From positions 1 through 13,814 of the IMG/VR virus record IMGVR_UViG_2778261465_000003: 13,814 bases of DNA; one strand, given 5' to 3'. A program made the translations under genes and the position numbers. The notes beneath the pieces were generated by a model. It had not been told where the DNA came from. It did not search any database and worked only from the letters and a program-made list of their open reading frames with translations. Shown in pieces: positions 1-7,502 of this stretch. This DNA is from a virus (taxonomy: Duplodnaviria; Heunggongvirae; Uroviricota; Caudoviricetes). Every line of letters begins with the position of its first letter. Positions within the stretch are counted from its first letter, which is position 1.

Positions 1-1074
1 TCATTTGTCGATTTCAATTTTGTCCCATTCCCGTCCACGGCTGTCCCTATACCGCGCCGCCATTGAATCTGATTTATGCCCGAGAAGACGTTGAGCAAAC
101 TTATCGCCAATCTGGTTCCGGTATAGCCTCGCTGACAGGCTACGCAGTTCATGGAATGTTGGCGGGTTTCCATCAAATGAGAGGCCAGATGCATTTCTCG
201 CCTTTGTAAAATACTTTGATACTGTTTTCGGGGAAAGCGGATCGTGATGCTTTGATGCGATTATAGTTTCACTGCTGCTGGCCTCCCTGCATTTCTGTAG
301 TGTATCAGCCAATGAGATATTGAGCGCGTCAATCGTTAGCGTTAGCGGAATGGCGAGTTTAGCCCCTGTTTTACTCTGTTTAATGTGAAGATGGTTGTCG
401 TTTATGTCTGACCATTTCATTCTGCACAAATCGCCGACTCTCTGCCCTGTAACGACGGCCAAATCCATCGCCAGCCTTAGCCAGATAGGGAGAGGTTCGG
501 CTGCATGGTAAATCTCGACATACTCATTAGCTGTCAGCCTTGAGCGCCTTACTTCTGACTTTGCTGTACGGGTTGCTGTTACCGGATTCGTTGCCACATG
601 CCCCTCGGCTATTGCTTCACGAAAAACGTCAACAAGGGTTGACCTGATTAATTTTGCGGAAGCTGCTTTACCTTCTGCTACGTAGGTGTTTAGCATTGCT
701 GCCACTTCTTTCGTTGATATGTCAGTGAGCGGTTTGTCCGGCAATTTTCTTCGGATTGCCCTGATTTTGCTGGCGTAGTCGAGTAGAGTTTTCGGCCTGA
801 TCCCCCTTTCGGTGAGGATTGTTTCATATCGGTCAAGCCACACATGAAGAGTGATTGCGTCACCGCCTTTAATTCTGTCTATTAGTGATTTGCGTCCGCT
901 GTCTGAGAGTAATTCAATATTGGCCTGTATTGCTTCAGTGATTGCTATCCTCCTGTCTCGGCCTAAACCAAACTCTTTACCCGTCCTTGGGTCCCTGTAG
1001 CAGTAATATCCATTGTTTCTTATATAAAGGTTAGGGGGTAAATCCCGGCGCTCATGACTTCGCCTTCTTCCCAT
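1..1074 (-). CDS. int: Phage integrase, tyrosine recombinase (lambda Int-like)
   Basis: 357-aa ORF, colinear with lambda Int as recalled: N-terminal arm-binding region MGRRRSHERRDLPPNLYIRNNGYYCYRDPRTGKEF and C-terminal catalytic region (HELRSLSARLY, LLGHKSD, ARYRD). Overlaps upstream xis by 23 nt as in lambda. Confidence 0.95.
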   Translation of the reverse strand: MGRRRSHERRDLPPNLYIRNNGYYCYRDPRTGKEFGLGRDRRIAITEAIQANIELLSDSGRKSLIDRIKGGDAITLHVWLDRYETILTERGIRPKTLLDYASKIRAIRRKLPDKPLTDISTKEVAAMLNTYVAEGKAASAKLIRSTLVDVFREAIAEGHVATNPVTATRTAKSEVRRSRLTANEYVEIYHAAEPLPIWLRLAMDLAVVTGQRVGDLCRMKWSDINDNHLHIKQSKTGAKLAIPLTLTIDALNISLADTLQKCREASSSETIIASKHHDPLSPKTVSKYFTKARNASGLSFDGNPPTFHELRSLSARLYRNQIGDKFAQRLLGHKSDSMAARYRDSRGREWDKIEIDK

Positions 1075-1270
1075 TTCTGATCCTCTTCAAAAGGCTACCT
1101 GTTACTGGTCGATTTAAGTCAACCTTTACCGCTGATTCGTGGAACAGATACTCTCTTCCATCCTTAACCGGAGGAGGGAATATCCTGCATTCGCGCACCC
1201 ATCGACGAACTGTTTCAAGGCTTCTTGGGCGTCGCTGGCGAGCGTTCCACTCCTGAAGTGTCAAGTACAT
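1052..1270 (-). CDS. xis: Excisionase (lambda Xis-like)
   Basis: Internal Met of track ORF 1052..1360 gives a 72-aa protein MYLTLQEWNARQRRPRSLETVRRWVRECRIFPPPVKDGREYLFHESAVKVDLNRPVTG, near-identical to lambda Xis as recalled. The 30 codons upstream in the track ORF are not Xis-like. Confidence 0.9.
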   Translation of the reverse strand: MYLTLQEWNARQRRPRSLETVRRWVRECRIFPPPVKDGREYLFHESAVKVDLNRPVTGSLLKRIRNGKKAKS

Positions 1271-1387
1271 CGCAAAGTCTCCGCAATTACACGCAAGAAA
1301 AAGCCGCATTGATGCGGCGATGGTAGGTCTGGATATCATTGAGCAATGAACAGGCCTCATCGAGTGTGAGGCGGTGTTATTTCATGG

Positions 1388-1648
1388 TTAGTCCTTGCGT
1401 AGCTCGCTGATTCTTCTGTAAGTCTCTGGTGCTTTGTTTCCGTGTATCTTCATTTCAGACTTCAACAGAGCAACGAGGGAATCCCATTCGTTGAGGATTC
1501 CTTTGAATGCCGGAACGCGCTTTGCAACCTTGTTGAATGAATCTCTGATTTCTGGAATCTGCTCAACAAGTGCAACGCATCGTCTGAAATCGGCTGCGTC
1601 ATGGGGAGCGCCGAAGTGATGACCATAGATATTCTTTTCAGTCCACAT
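1388..1648 (-). CDS. Hypothetical protein (86 aa), early-left accessory gene
   Basis: Track ORF with protein-like composition, immediately upstream of xis on the same strand. The overlapping alternative frame 1462..1758 begins inside a terminator hairpin. No family recognised. Confidence 0.5.
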   Translation of the reverse strand: MWTEKNIYGHHFGAPHDAADFRRCVALVEQIPEIRDSFNKVAKRVPAFKGILNEWDSLVALLKSEMKIHGNKAPETYRRISELRKD

Positions 1649-1744
1649 GCGATTGAGGCAAGAGTTGCGCTACTGATGCCGACATCGCCAGTCGATTGCC
1701 ATTTCAAAACCTTCATAGCCAAATCTGACATTTCTTGTCTCCAA

Positions 1745-1766
1745 TAAAAAACCGCCATCAGGCGGC
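1745..1766 (-). terminator. Intrinsic terminator (minus strand)
   Basis: Minus-strand reading GCCGCC-TGAT-GGCGGT (6-bp stem including one G.U) followed by six U; overlaps the stop codon of the 55-aa ORF. Confidence 0.5.
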
Positions 1767-1925
1767 TTGGTGTTCTTTCAGTTCTTCAATTCGAATATTG
1801 GTTACGTCTGCATGTGCTATCTGCGCCCATAGCATCCAGTGGTCATAGCAGTCATTGATGTTCTCTGCTTCGATAACTCTGTTGAATGGTTCTCCATTCC
1901 ATTCACCTGTGACTCGGAAGTGCAT
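1758..1925 (-). CDS. Small hypothetical protein (55 aa)
   Basis: Below the track threshold; translated by hand as MHFRVTGEWNGEPFNRVIEAENINDCYDHWMLWAQIAHADVTNIRIEELKEHQAA. GGAG Shine-Dalgarno 7 nt upstream of ATG; flanked by terminator hairpins on both sides. Confidence 0.35.
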   Translation of the reverse strand: MHFRVTGEWNGEPFNRVIEAENINDCYDHWMLWAQIAHADVTNIRIEELKEHQAA

Positions 1926-1936
1926 TTATCATCTCC

Positions 1937-1963
1937 ATAAAACAAAACTCGCCGTAGCGAGTT
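1937..1963 (-). terminator. Intrinsic terminator (minus strand) downstream of the DUF2513-like gene
   Basis: Perfect 7-bp stem AACTCGC / GCGAGTT with loop CGTA, followed on the minus strand by UUGUUUUAU. Confidence 0.45.
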
Positions 1964-2008
1964 CAGATATAATTTCCACCAAAGGCAGTAGTTGCTTGAT
2001 GCTAAGAA

Positions 2009-2437
2009 TTATTCAATATCTATTCCTGTAATATCTTTTATCTTTTTCCTTGCAAAGCCTTTTGCTAGTGATTTTGAAACACTCATAAGTGTACTAATTC
2101 CCTCATCCTTAAAGTTTGTTTTTATAGCTTGCCAGACATCCTTTTGACGTAAGTCAGCAATAAAATCATGCCCTCTTGCTGTCAACCTCAGTGGTACTTC
2201 GATCCAACTATATCCAACACCTTCCCCTAACGCTTTGGACATTATATGACCGAACCCAGGTTTTCCATCAACCCTGACTATTAATTCGTAGTCACATAAT
2301 AATCGCATATGGAAAATAAAATCTTGGTCATATCTATTAAAACCATTATCCTCTAGTTCACTAAGCATCGTGTCAGGGCCACGAGTTTTTTCGAATGCGA
2401 TAAGTAGATCTTTTAGATATTGCTGGTCTAATTTCAT
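2009..2437 (-). CDS. Hypothetical protein, possibly DUF2513-like (142 aa), AT-rich moron
   Basis: Track ORF with markedly lower GC than its neighbours (roughly mid-30s percent by eye). N-terminus MKLDQQYLKDLLIAFEK...YDQDFIFHMRLLCDYELIV resembles the DUF2513 pattern as recalled; weak assignment. Confidence 0.55.
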   Translation of the reverse strand: MKLDQQYLKDLLIAFEKTRGPDTMLSELEDNGFNRYDQDFIFHMRLLCDYELIVRVDGKPGFGHIMSKALGEGVGYSWIEVPLRLTARGHDFIADLRQKDVWQAIKTNFKDEGISTLMSVSKSLAKGFARKKIKDITGIDIE

Positions 2438-2465
2438 TGCCGCCTCCGTGACATGTCACAGAGAT

Positions 2466-2804
2466 TTATATCATTAATTTTGTTTCGTGCCAGCCTTTGG
2501 TCACCCAGCATTGTGAGTCACCATTACACGGGCATGAATTAACAGGAACTCTCTCGCCGCACTTACCGCAACGTTTTCTGCTGATCGATTTTATACGCCA
2601 GCGCACACGTGCATCATCCTGGCGGCTCAGTAACGCGATGTACTCACCAAACTCGCAAGGCGCACGCCTGAAGCGACGCGTGGCACAGTTACGCTCCAGC
2701 ATTTCAATTTCCTGAGCATCAAGTACAAGCTCCAGCTTACGCATACCGGATGATGCTTGCTTGGCTCTCTGATCGGCTTTGTGCTCTGTTGCTGATTTAG
2801 CCAT
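2466..2804 (-). CDS. Hypothetical Cys-rich protein (112 aa) with putative C-terminal zinc ribbon
   Basis: Track ORF; AGGAAA Shine-Dalgarno about 9 nt upstream of ATG at 2804. C-terminal CGKCGERVPVNSCPCNGDSQC (CxxC...CxC) and an N-terminal region with a possible ribbon-helix-helix-like beta strand (KLELVL). Confidence 0.5.
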   Translation of the reverse strand: MAKSATEHKADQRAKQASSGMRKLELVLDAQEIEMLERNCATRRFRRAPCEFGEYIALLSRQDDARVRWRIKSISRKRCGKCGERVPVNSCPCNGDSQCWVTKGWHETKLMI

Positions 2805-2848
2805 TCTGCTTTTCCTGCATCAGGAGAAAGACAATCATGGCGGCGCGG

Positions 2849-2944
2849 ATACTTCCGGTATCTTTTTACGCGATATTCCCCTTCAATGGCACATACAAAA
2901 AGAGAGCCATCCACAGGAGTGATTGAGGAATCGACAACCAGCAA
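2849..2944 (-). pseudogene. Relic of an S24 peptidase / repressor (UmuD, LexA, cI-type) C-terminal domain
   Basis: First about 32 codons of track ORF 2627..2944 (TTG start, stop immediately upstream) read LLVVDSSITPVDGSLFVCAIEGEYRVKRYRKY, resembling the UmuD core ([29 protein letters not shown]) and the lambda cI C-terminal domain as recalled. The rest of that ORF is out-of-frame overlap with the neighbouring gene. Confidence 0.4.
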
Positions 2945-2997
2945 CGCTTAATTATCTATAGTGTCGTATTTGCTTCATAAAATATGGCGAATAACAC

Positions 2998-3033
2998 AAA
3001 GCCCGCAGCAGCTCATTGTGCGGGCTTTTCTTA
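2998..3033. terminator. GC-rich hairpin, candidate bidirectional intrinsic terminator
   Basis: Perfect 10-bp inverted repeat AAAGCCCGCA / TGCGGGCTTT with an 11-nt loop, followed by TTTTCTT on the plus strand and a U-rich tract on the minus strand; sits between two minus-strand genes. Confidence 0.5.
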
Positions 3034-3097
3034 TACCTACTTCCTAGAGATAATTCTATGGAGGCATTAAATCAATACTGTCATTGGTAATATCATA

Positions 3098-3712
3098 TTA
3101 TCTAAAAGTCTTTCCACTTTTAACATCTAGGTATATTCTGTTCGACAACGTCATTCCTCCGCAATATGTGAAATAGATGTTTTCACCCTTATTGCTTGAT
3201 GCCATCCACCCTCCGATTTCCTTAAAATCGCTTTCCGTGCAGACCCCTTCATTTATTAACTTCCTAGCTGCCGAAGAAAACTCTTTTTTGTATATACGGT
3301 AGTCATCAGATCCTTTGATTAAAGTATCATCTCCGCTCGCATTTTCAGCAGGATCTGATGGCCTTTCACTGCTAAGATCACTAAGTTTAACCCATTCTGA
3401 AAACTTGCCATTAACGATTCCATTTTTTCTTGTGCAGGATTTATTACCTTCTTTAATATATTCGCTTTCCCCTCCAACACATGAGGCTGAATATGGCTCA
3501 GTTATACGAACCCATTCACCTTTTTTTTCTAGAAAATCTACGCCTTCCCTGAAAAATAGTTTCCCAGCCACTCCACATTTACTTGAAGGGCAGGTATGTC
3601 TTTCCGTTCGATCAACAACAACCCATAGTTTTGATTCATTTTTTGCCATTGCCGATGGTATTTGAGATGAGACAATTAACGTAAGCCCTAAAATTAGTAT
3701 TGATTTTTTCAT
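3098..3712 (-). CDS. Secreted Cys-rich protein of unknown function (204 aa, Sec signal peptide), AT-rich moron
   Basis: N-terminus MKKSILILGLTLIVSSQIPSAMA has a basic n-region, hydrophobic core and AxA cleavage motif. Six Cys in the mature part, consistent with periplasmic disulfides. Low GC; terminator hairpin downstream. Confidence 0.7.
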   Translation of the reverse strand: MKKSILILGLTLIVSSQIPSAMAKNESKLWVVVDRTERHTCPSSKCGVAGKLFFREGVDFLEKKGEWVRITEPYSASCVGGESEYIKEGNKSCTRKNGIVNGKFSEWVKLSDLSSERPSDPAENASGDDTLIKGSDDYRIYKKEFSSAARKLINEGVCTESDFKEIGGWMASSNKGENIYFTYCGGMTLSNRIYLDVKSGKTFR

Positions 3713-4010
3713 TGTAATTTCCTTTTACTTTTTACAAAGCGTTTAATCATGGCTGATTATCTCTAAGCGTAGTAACAGCCTTGTGCGAAACATGTTACCA
3801 AATCGCCATTTCAGTGTATCCGCAGTTAGGCTGCCACTTCAAGGATTCCTAATTACATGGTACGTAAGCGTAAAATCCCGTTGGTTGGCTGGTAATAACT
3901 CTGATCAAATCTCCCTTGTCTTTTGCTCTTACGTATGCAGCTCTTGTGTATTCAACCCAGGCCTCCAGTTCAGCAATACGCTTACTTCCATCCGAGATAA
4001 CACCTTCTAC

Positions 4011-4262
4011 TCACGCTGCTCGTTGAGTTTTGATTTTTGCTGTCTCCAGCTCAACACGCAGTTTCCCCACCGTTAGCGCAATATCCTCGTTCTCCTGGTC
4101 GCGGCGTTTGATGTATTGCTGGTTTCTTTCCCGTTCATCCAGCAGTGTCAGCACAATCGATGGTGTTACCAGCTCATGGAAAAGGTCCGCGTCAAATCCC
4201 CAGTTGTCATGCATTGCCTGCTCTGCCGCTTCACGCAGTGCCTGAGAGTGAATTACGCTCAC
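4011..4262 (-). CDS. Hypothetical protein (83 aa, GTG start), possibly truncated by an in-frame TGA
   Basis: Track ORF overlapping the upstream TraR-like gene by 4 nt (translational coupling). The same frame stays open for about 53 codons beyond the TGA, and a codon-matched antisense ORF (3783..4076) spans the junction. Confidence 0.45.
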   Translation of the reverse strand: MSVIHSQALREAAEQAMHDNWGFDADLFHELVTPSIVLTLLDERERNQQYIKRRDQENEDIALTVGKLRVELETAKIKTQRAA

Positions 4263-4480
4263 TTCGAACCTCTCTGTTTACTGATAAGCTCCAGATCTTC
4301 CTGGCAACTTGCACAAGTCCGACAACCCTGAACGGCCAGGCGTCTTCGCTCATCTATGGGATCGCCACACTCACAACAATGAGTGGCAGATACAGCCTGG
4401 TGGTTCAGGCGGCGCATTTTTATTGCTGTGTTGCGCTGTAATTCTTCAATTTCTGATGCTGAATCAATGATGTCTGCCAT
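4259..4480 (-). CDS. TraR/DksA family C4-type zinc-finger protein (73 aa)
   Basis: Motif CCECGDPIDERRRLAVQGCRTCASCQ (CxxC-x17-CxxC) near the C-terminus, typical of phage TraR/DksA-like proteins. Confidence 0.75.
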   Translation of the reverse strand: MADIIDSASEIEELQRNTAIKMRRLNHQAVSATHCCECGDPIDERRRLAVQGCRTCASCQEDLELISKQRGSK

Positions 4481-4534
4481 CTTCCATTAATCCCTGAATT
4501 GTTGGTTAATACGCTTGAGGATGAATGCGAACAA

Positions 4535-4556
4535 TAAAAAAGGAGCCTGTAGCTCC
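4535..4556 (-). terminator. Intrinsic terminator (minus strand)
   Basis: Minus-strand stem GGAGC / GCTCC with a 5-nt loop, followed by six U; 23 nt downstream of the gene ending at 4579. Confidence 0.5.
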
Positions 4557-4578
4557 CTGATGATTTTGCTTTTCATGT

Positions 4579-4794
4579 TCACCGTTCCTTAAAGACGCCG
4601 TTTAACATGCCGATCGCCAGGCTTAAATGAGTCGGTGTGAATCCCATCAGCGTTACCGTTTCGCGGTGCTTCTTTAGTACGCTACGGCAAATGTCATCGA
4701 CGTTTTTATCCGGAAACTGCTGTCTGGCTTTTTTGATTTCAGAATTAGCCTGACGGGCAATACTGCGAAGGGCGTTTTCCTGCTGATGTGTCAT
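4579..4794 (-). CDS. Hypothetical protein (71 aa from internal ATG; track ORF extends to 4860)
   Basis: Track ORF 4579..4860. The first 22 codons (MHFSGSGLHILCAYACRHGTCS) have no Shine-Dalgarno and odd composition, so the start at MTHQQENALRSIARQ... is preferred. Confidence 0.45.
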   Translation of the reverse strand: MTHQQENALRSIARQANSEIKKARQQFPDKNVDDICRSVLKKHRETVTLMGFTPTHLSLAIGMLNGVFKER

Positions 4795-4870
4795 TGAACA
4801 AGTCCCATGTCGGCAAGCATAAGCACACAGAATATGAAGCCCGCTGCCAGAAAAATGCATTCAGTGGTTG

Positions 4871-5062
4871 TCATACCTGGTCTCTCTCATCTGCTTCTGC
4901 TTTCGCCACCATCATTTCCAGCTTTTGTGAAAGGGATGCGGCTAACGTATGAAATTCTTCGTCTGTTTCTACTGGTATTGGCACAAACCTGACTCCAATT
5001 TGAGCGAGGCTATGTGCCATCTCAATGCTCGTTCTTAACTCAACAGGAGATGCTTTGTGCAT
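4871..5062 (-). CDS. Hypothetical protein (63 aa)
   Basis: Track ORF with a strong GGGGAG Shine-Dalgarno 4-5 nt upstream of ATG at 5062; acidic C-terminus. Confidence 0.5.
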   Translation of the reverse strand: MHKASPVELRTSIEMAHSLAQIGVRFVPIPVETDEEFHTLAASLSQKLEMMVAKAEADERDQV

Positions 5063-5176
5063 ACAGCTCCCCGTTTATTATTTATCTCCTCAGCCAGCCG
5101 CTGTGCTTTCAGGGGATTTCGGGTAACAGAAAGGCCGGGAAATACCCAGCCTCGCTTTGTAACGGAGTAGACGAAA

Positions 5177-5533
5177 GTGATCGCGCCTAACGGGGGCGGC
5201 GATTGGCAGGTTAAACCTGAACGTCGCAAGGCAGAACGAATCGACTACGAATCCTTCCTGAACGCCTACAACACCGAAGTCGGTGACAGACTTCCACACG
5301 CTGTTGCGGTCAACGAGAAACGAAAACGCCGCCTGAAGAAAATCATTCCGCAACTGAAAACGCCAAACGTGGACGGTTTCAGAGCGTATGTCAGGGCGTT
5401 TGTGCATCAGGCCAAGCCGTTTTACTTCGGAGACAACGACACGGGCTGGACGGCCGATTTTGATTACCTGCTGAGGGATGACTCGTTAACGGGGGTAACC
5501 GTACAGGTTTTACCTCGTCACGTGGCTTTCTGA
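5177..5533 (+). CDS. Possible C-terminal remnant of a phage replication-module protein (118 aa, GTG start)
   Basis: Protein-like ORF (...[25 protein letters not shown]) that begins directly after an in-frame stop with only GTG available. Tentative resemblance to the conserved C-terminal domain of phage replication proteins. The antisense ORFs 5090..5407 and 5035..5229 look like artefacts. Confidence 0.35.
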   Translation: MIAPNGGGDWQVKPERRKAERIDYESFLNAYNTEVGDRLPHAVAVNEKRKRRLKKIIPQLKTPNVDGFRAYVRAFVHQAKPFYFGDNDTGWTADFDYLLRDDSLTGVTVQVLPRHVAF

Positions 5534-5885
5534 TGGCTGAAAGACGCTTTACCAGCTCGTCCATCGCCTGACTCGATGTATCGATGGTTCCGTTCTGAAT
5601 TGGTTCACGCATTTCATCCATGATTTCCAGCACCAGGCGGCGGTGATAGTTATCCGCGACCATTCCGGCATATCCCTTCAGGTTTGCGGCACTCGGGCAG
5701 TTTTTGCTGGTCATCAGGATTGACGTGAAATGCTCCTCTCCGCACGCCTCGGCAACCATCAGCGCGTCGATTAGGTTTCTGTTTCTCGCCTGCTTGCGGA
5801 TAACCTCGAAGGCTTTCCGGTAGAGCGGAATTGAAAACGCTTCCGGCTCCAGCGTTGCCAGAACGTCGCTGGCGGTTGGTGTTAA
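5500..5885 (-). pseudogene. DnaB-like replicative helicase N-terminal domain fragment, inverted relative to the nin/late genes
   Basis: Minus-strand translation ...[73 protein letters not shown]... is colinear with the E. coli DnaB N-terminal domain as recalled (...FYTRPHRHIF...LSKNTPSAANISAYADIVRERAVVREMI...). No ATPase domain is present; similarity is lost at about 5885. Confidence 0.55.
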
Positions 5886-6349
5886 AGGCAGCAGAGAAGA
5901 AACGACGACGAGAGGAGCAGAAACAGAAAGATAAACTTAAGATTCGAAAACTCGCCTTAAAGCCCCGCAGTTACTGGATTAAACAAGCCCAACAAGCCGT
6001 AAACGCCTTCATCAGAGAAAGAGACCGCGACTTACCATGTATCTCGTGCGGAACGCTCACGTCTGCTCAGTGGGATGCCGGGCATTACCGGACAACTGCT
6101 GCGGCGCCTCAACTCCGATTTGATGAACGCAATATTCACAAGCAATGCGTGGTGTGCAACCAGCACAAAAGCGGAAATCTCGTTCCGTATCGCGTCGAAC
6201 TGATTAACCGCATCGGGCAGGAAGCAGTAGACGAAATCGAATCAAACCATAACCGCCATCGCTGGACTGTCGAAGAGTGCAGGGCCATCAAGGCGGAGTA
6301 TCAACAGAAACTTAAAAAACTGCGAAACAGCAGAAGTGAGGCTGCATGA
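5831..6349 (+). CDS. ninG: NinG (Rap)-like recombination protein, N-terminus replaced or truncated
   Basis: From [56 protein letters not shown]... to the end it is colinear with lambda NinG as recalled. The first 18 residues ([21 protein letters not shown] start) are unrelated and lambda's N-terminal Cys-rich region is absent. Confidence 0.8.
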   Translation: MKTLPAPALPERRWRLVLKAAEKKRRREEQKQKDKLKIRKLALKPRSYWIKQAQQAVNAFIRERDRDLPCISCGTLTSAQWDAGHYRTTAAAPQLRFDERNIHKQCVVCNQHKSGNLVPYRVELINRIGQEAVDEIESNHNRHRWTVEECRAIKAEYQQKLKKLRNSRSEAA

Positions 6350-7017
6350 ATATCTACGAAAGAATTGATGGCAGCAAATACCGAAATATTTGGGTAGTTG
6401 GCGATCTGCACGGATGCTACACGAACCTGATGAACAAACTGGATACGATTGGATTCGACAACAAAAAAGACCTGCTTATCTCGGTGGGCGATTTGGTTGA
6501 TCGTGGTGCAGAGAACGTTGAATGCCTGGAATTAATCACATTCCCCTGGTTCAGAGCTGTACGTGGAAACCATGAGCAAATGATGATTGATGGCTTATCA
6601 GAGCGTGGAAACGTTAATCACTGGCTGCTTAATGGCGGTGGCTGGTTCTTTAATCTCGATTACGACAAAGAAATTCTGGCTAAAGCTCTTGCCCATAAAG
6701 CAGAAGAACTTCCGTTAATCATCGAACTGGTGAGCAAAGGTAAAAAATATGTCATCTGCCACGCCGATTATCCTTGTGACGAATACGAATTTGGAAAGCC
6801 AGTTGATCATCAGCAGGTAATCTGGAACCGCGAACGAATCAGCAACTCACAAGACGGGATCGTTAAAGAAATTAAAGGCGCGGACACGTTTATCTTTGGT
6901 CATACGCCAGCAGTGAAACCACTCAAATTTGCCAACCAGATGTATATCGATACTGGGGCAGTGTTCTGCGGAAATCTCACATTGATTCAGGTACAGGGAG
7001 AAGGCGCGTGGGCATAA
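6346..7017 (+). CDS. ninI: Ser/Thr protein phosphatase (lambda PPase, orf221/NinI-like metallophosphatase)
   Basis: 223 aa, near-identical to lambda phosphatase as recalled ([54 protein letters not shown]...GNHEQMM). GDLHG / GDLVDRG / GNHE metallophosphatase motifs; ATGA overlap with ninG. Confidence 0.95.
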   Translation: MNIYERIDGSKYRNIWVVGDLHGCYTNLMNKLDTIGFDNKKDLLISVGDLVDRGAENVECLELITFPWFRAVRGNHEQMMIDGLSERGNVNHWLLNGGGWFFNLDYDKEILAKALAHKAEELPLIIELVSKGKKYVICHADYPCDEYEFGKPVDHQQVIWNRERISNSQDGIVKEIKGADTFIFGHTPAVKPLKFANQMYIDTGAVFCGNLTLIQVQGEGAWA

Positions 7018-7496
7018 GAGAACTAAACCTCACCAAAGAACAGCATGAGTGGCTGAATGGCTGGCTTGAACTGTGGGGCGCATGGGTTTATTCAGGTCGT
7101 CTGGAAAAGCGCATGAGCAGCGTAATAGCGAAGTTCATGGAGAGCGTAGAGCCGGGAAGAGTTATGACAAGGCCAATGTGTAATGATGATGATGGAATGT
7201 TGATTTCTCAGGTCGTCGATTCCGTCATGTACATTGACAAGAAAGCCTTTGGCATCCTCCTCAGCTACTACGCCCACGGCTCTTCCAAGCACGCCATTGC
7301 ATCTTACTATCATCGCGTCGCAAGACCTCGCAAGATGTTATGCCGGGGCGGCGGGCGCATTCAAAAACCATCGCTCGCAACCTGTCGACGGGAAGTTGAC
7401 GAAATCCTCAATGCCTCGTTGTTTATGATTTACCCGGTTCTGGATAGTGCGTTTAAAAACCGGAAACGTGTAGAGAAAATTAAACATGTAGCATAG
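7008..7496 (+). CDS. Q: Late-gene antiterminator Q (Phage_antitermQ family, Q21/Q82-like)
   Basis: 162 aa with WGAW near the N-terminus and the [13 protein letters not shown] motif typical of this Q family; sits just upstream of a promoter-like TTGACA and the lysis cassette. Start is a GTG overlapping the phosphatase stop. Confidence 0.85.
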   Translation: MGIRELNLTKEQHEWLNGWLELWGAWVYSGRLEKRMSSVIAKFMESVEPGRVMTRPMCNDDDGMLISQVVDSVMYIDKKAFGILLSYYAHGSSKHAIASYYHRVARPRKMLCRGGGRIQKPSLATCRREVDEILNASLFMIYPVLDSAFKNRKRVEKIKHVA

Positions 7497-7502
7497 AACG
7501 TG

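Noticed and set aside
1434-1619. 61-aa plus-strand ORF
   Set aside because: Antisense to the minus-strand early-left genes, no RBS, composition typical of a shadow ORF.
1462-1758. 98-aa minus-strand ORF overlapping the 86-aa ORF in another frame
   Set aside because: Its start codon lies inside the terminator hairpin at about 1745..1766 and its composition is poor; 1388..1648 was preferred.
2497-2715. 72-aa plus-strand ORF
   Set aside because: Antisense shadow of the Cys-rich gene 2466..2804.
2627-2804. Downstream part of the 105-aa minus-strand track ORF 2627..2944
   Set aside because: Out-of-frame overlap with gene 2466..2804; only the first about 32 codons (2849..2944) look meaningful, as an S24 relic.
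3315-3665. 116-aa plus-strand ORF
   Set aside because: Antisense shadow of the secreted-protein gene 3098..3712.
3783-4076. 97-aa plus-strand ORF (GTG start)
   Set aside because: Codon-matched antisense of the minus-strand coding frame; used only as supporting evidence that 3849..4010 is coding on the minus strand.
4030-4441. Three overlapping plus-strand ORFs (4030..4245, 4116..4331, 4145..4441)
   Set aside because: Antisense to the coupled minus-strand genes 4011..4262 and 4259..4480; Ser/Cys-rich junk composition.
4807-4992. 61-aa plus-strand ORF
   Set aside because: Antisense to the minus-strand genes 4579..4794 and 4871..5062.
5035-5407. Minus-strand ORFs 5035..5229 and 5090..5407
   Set aside because: Arg/Phe/Trp-rich composition typical of antisense frames; the plus-strand ORF 5177..5533 is more protein-like. 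This is a low-confidence choice.
7092-7428. ORFs 7092..7313 (minus) and 7234..7428 (plus) inside Q
   Set aside because: Overlap the well-supported Q gene in other frames.
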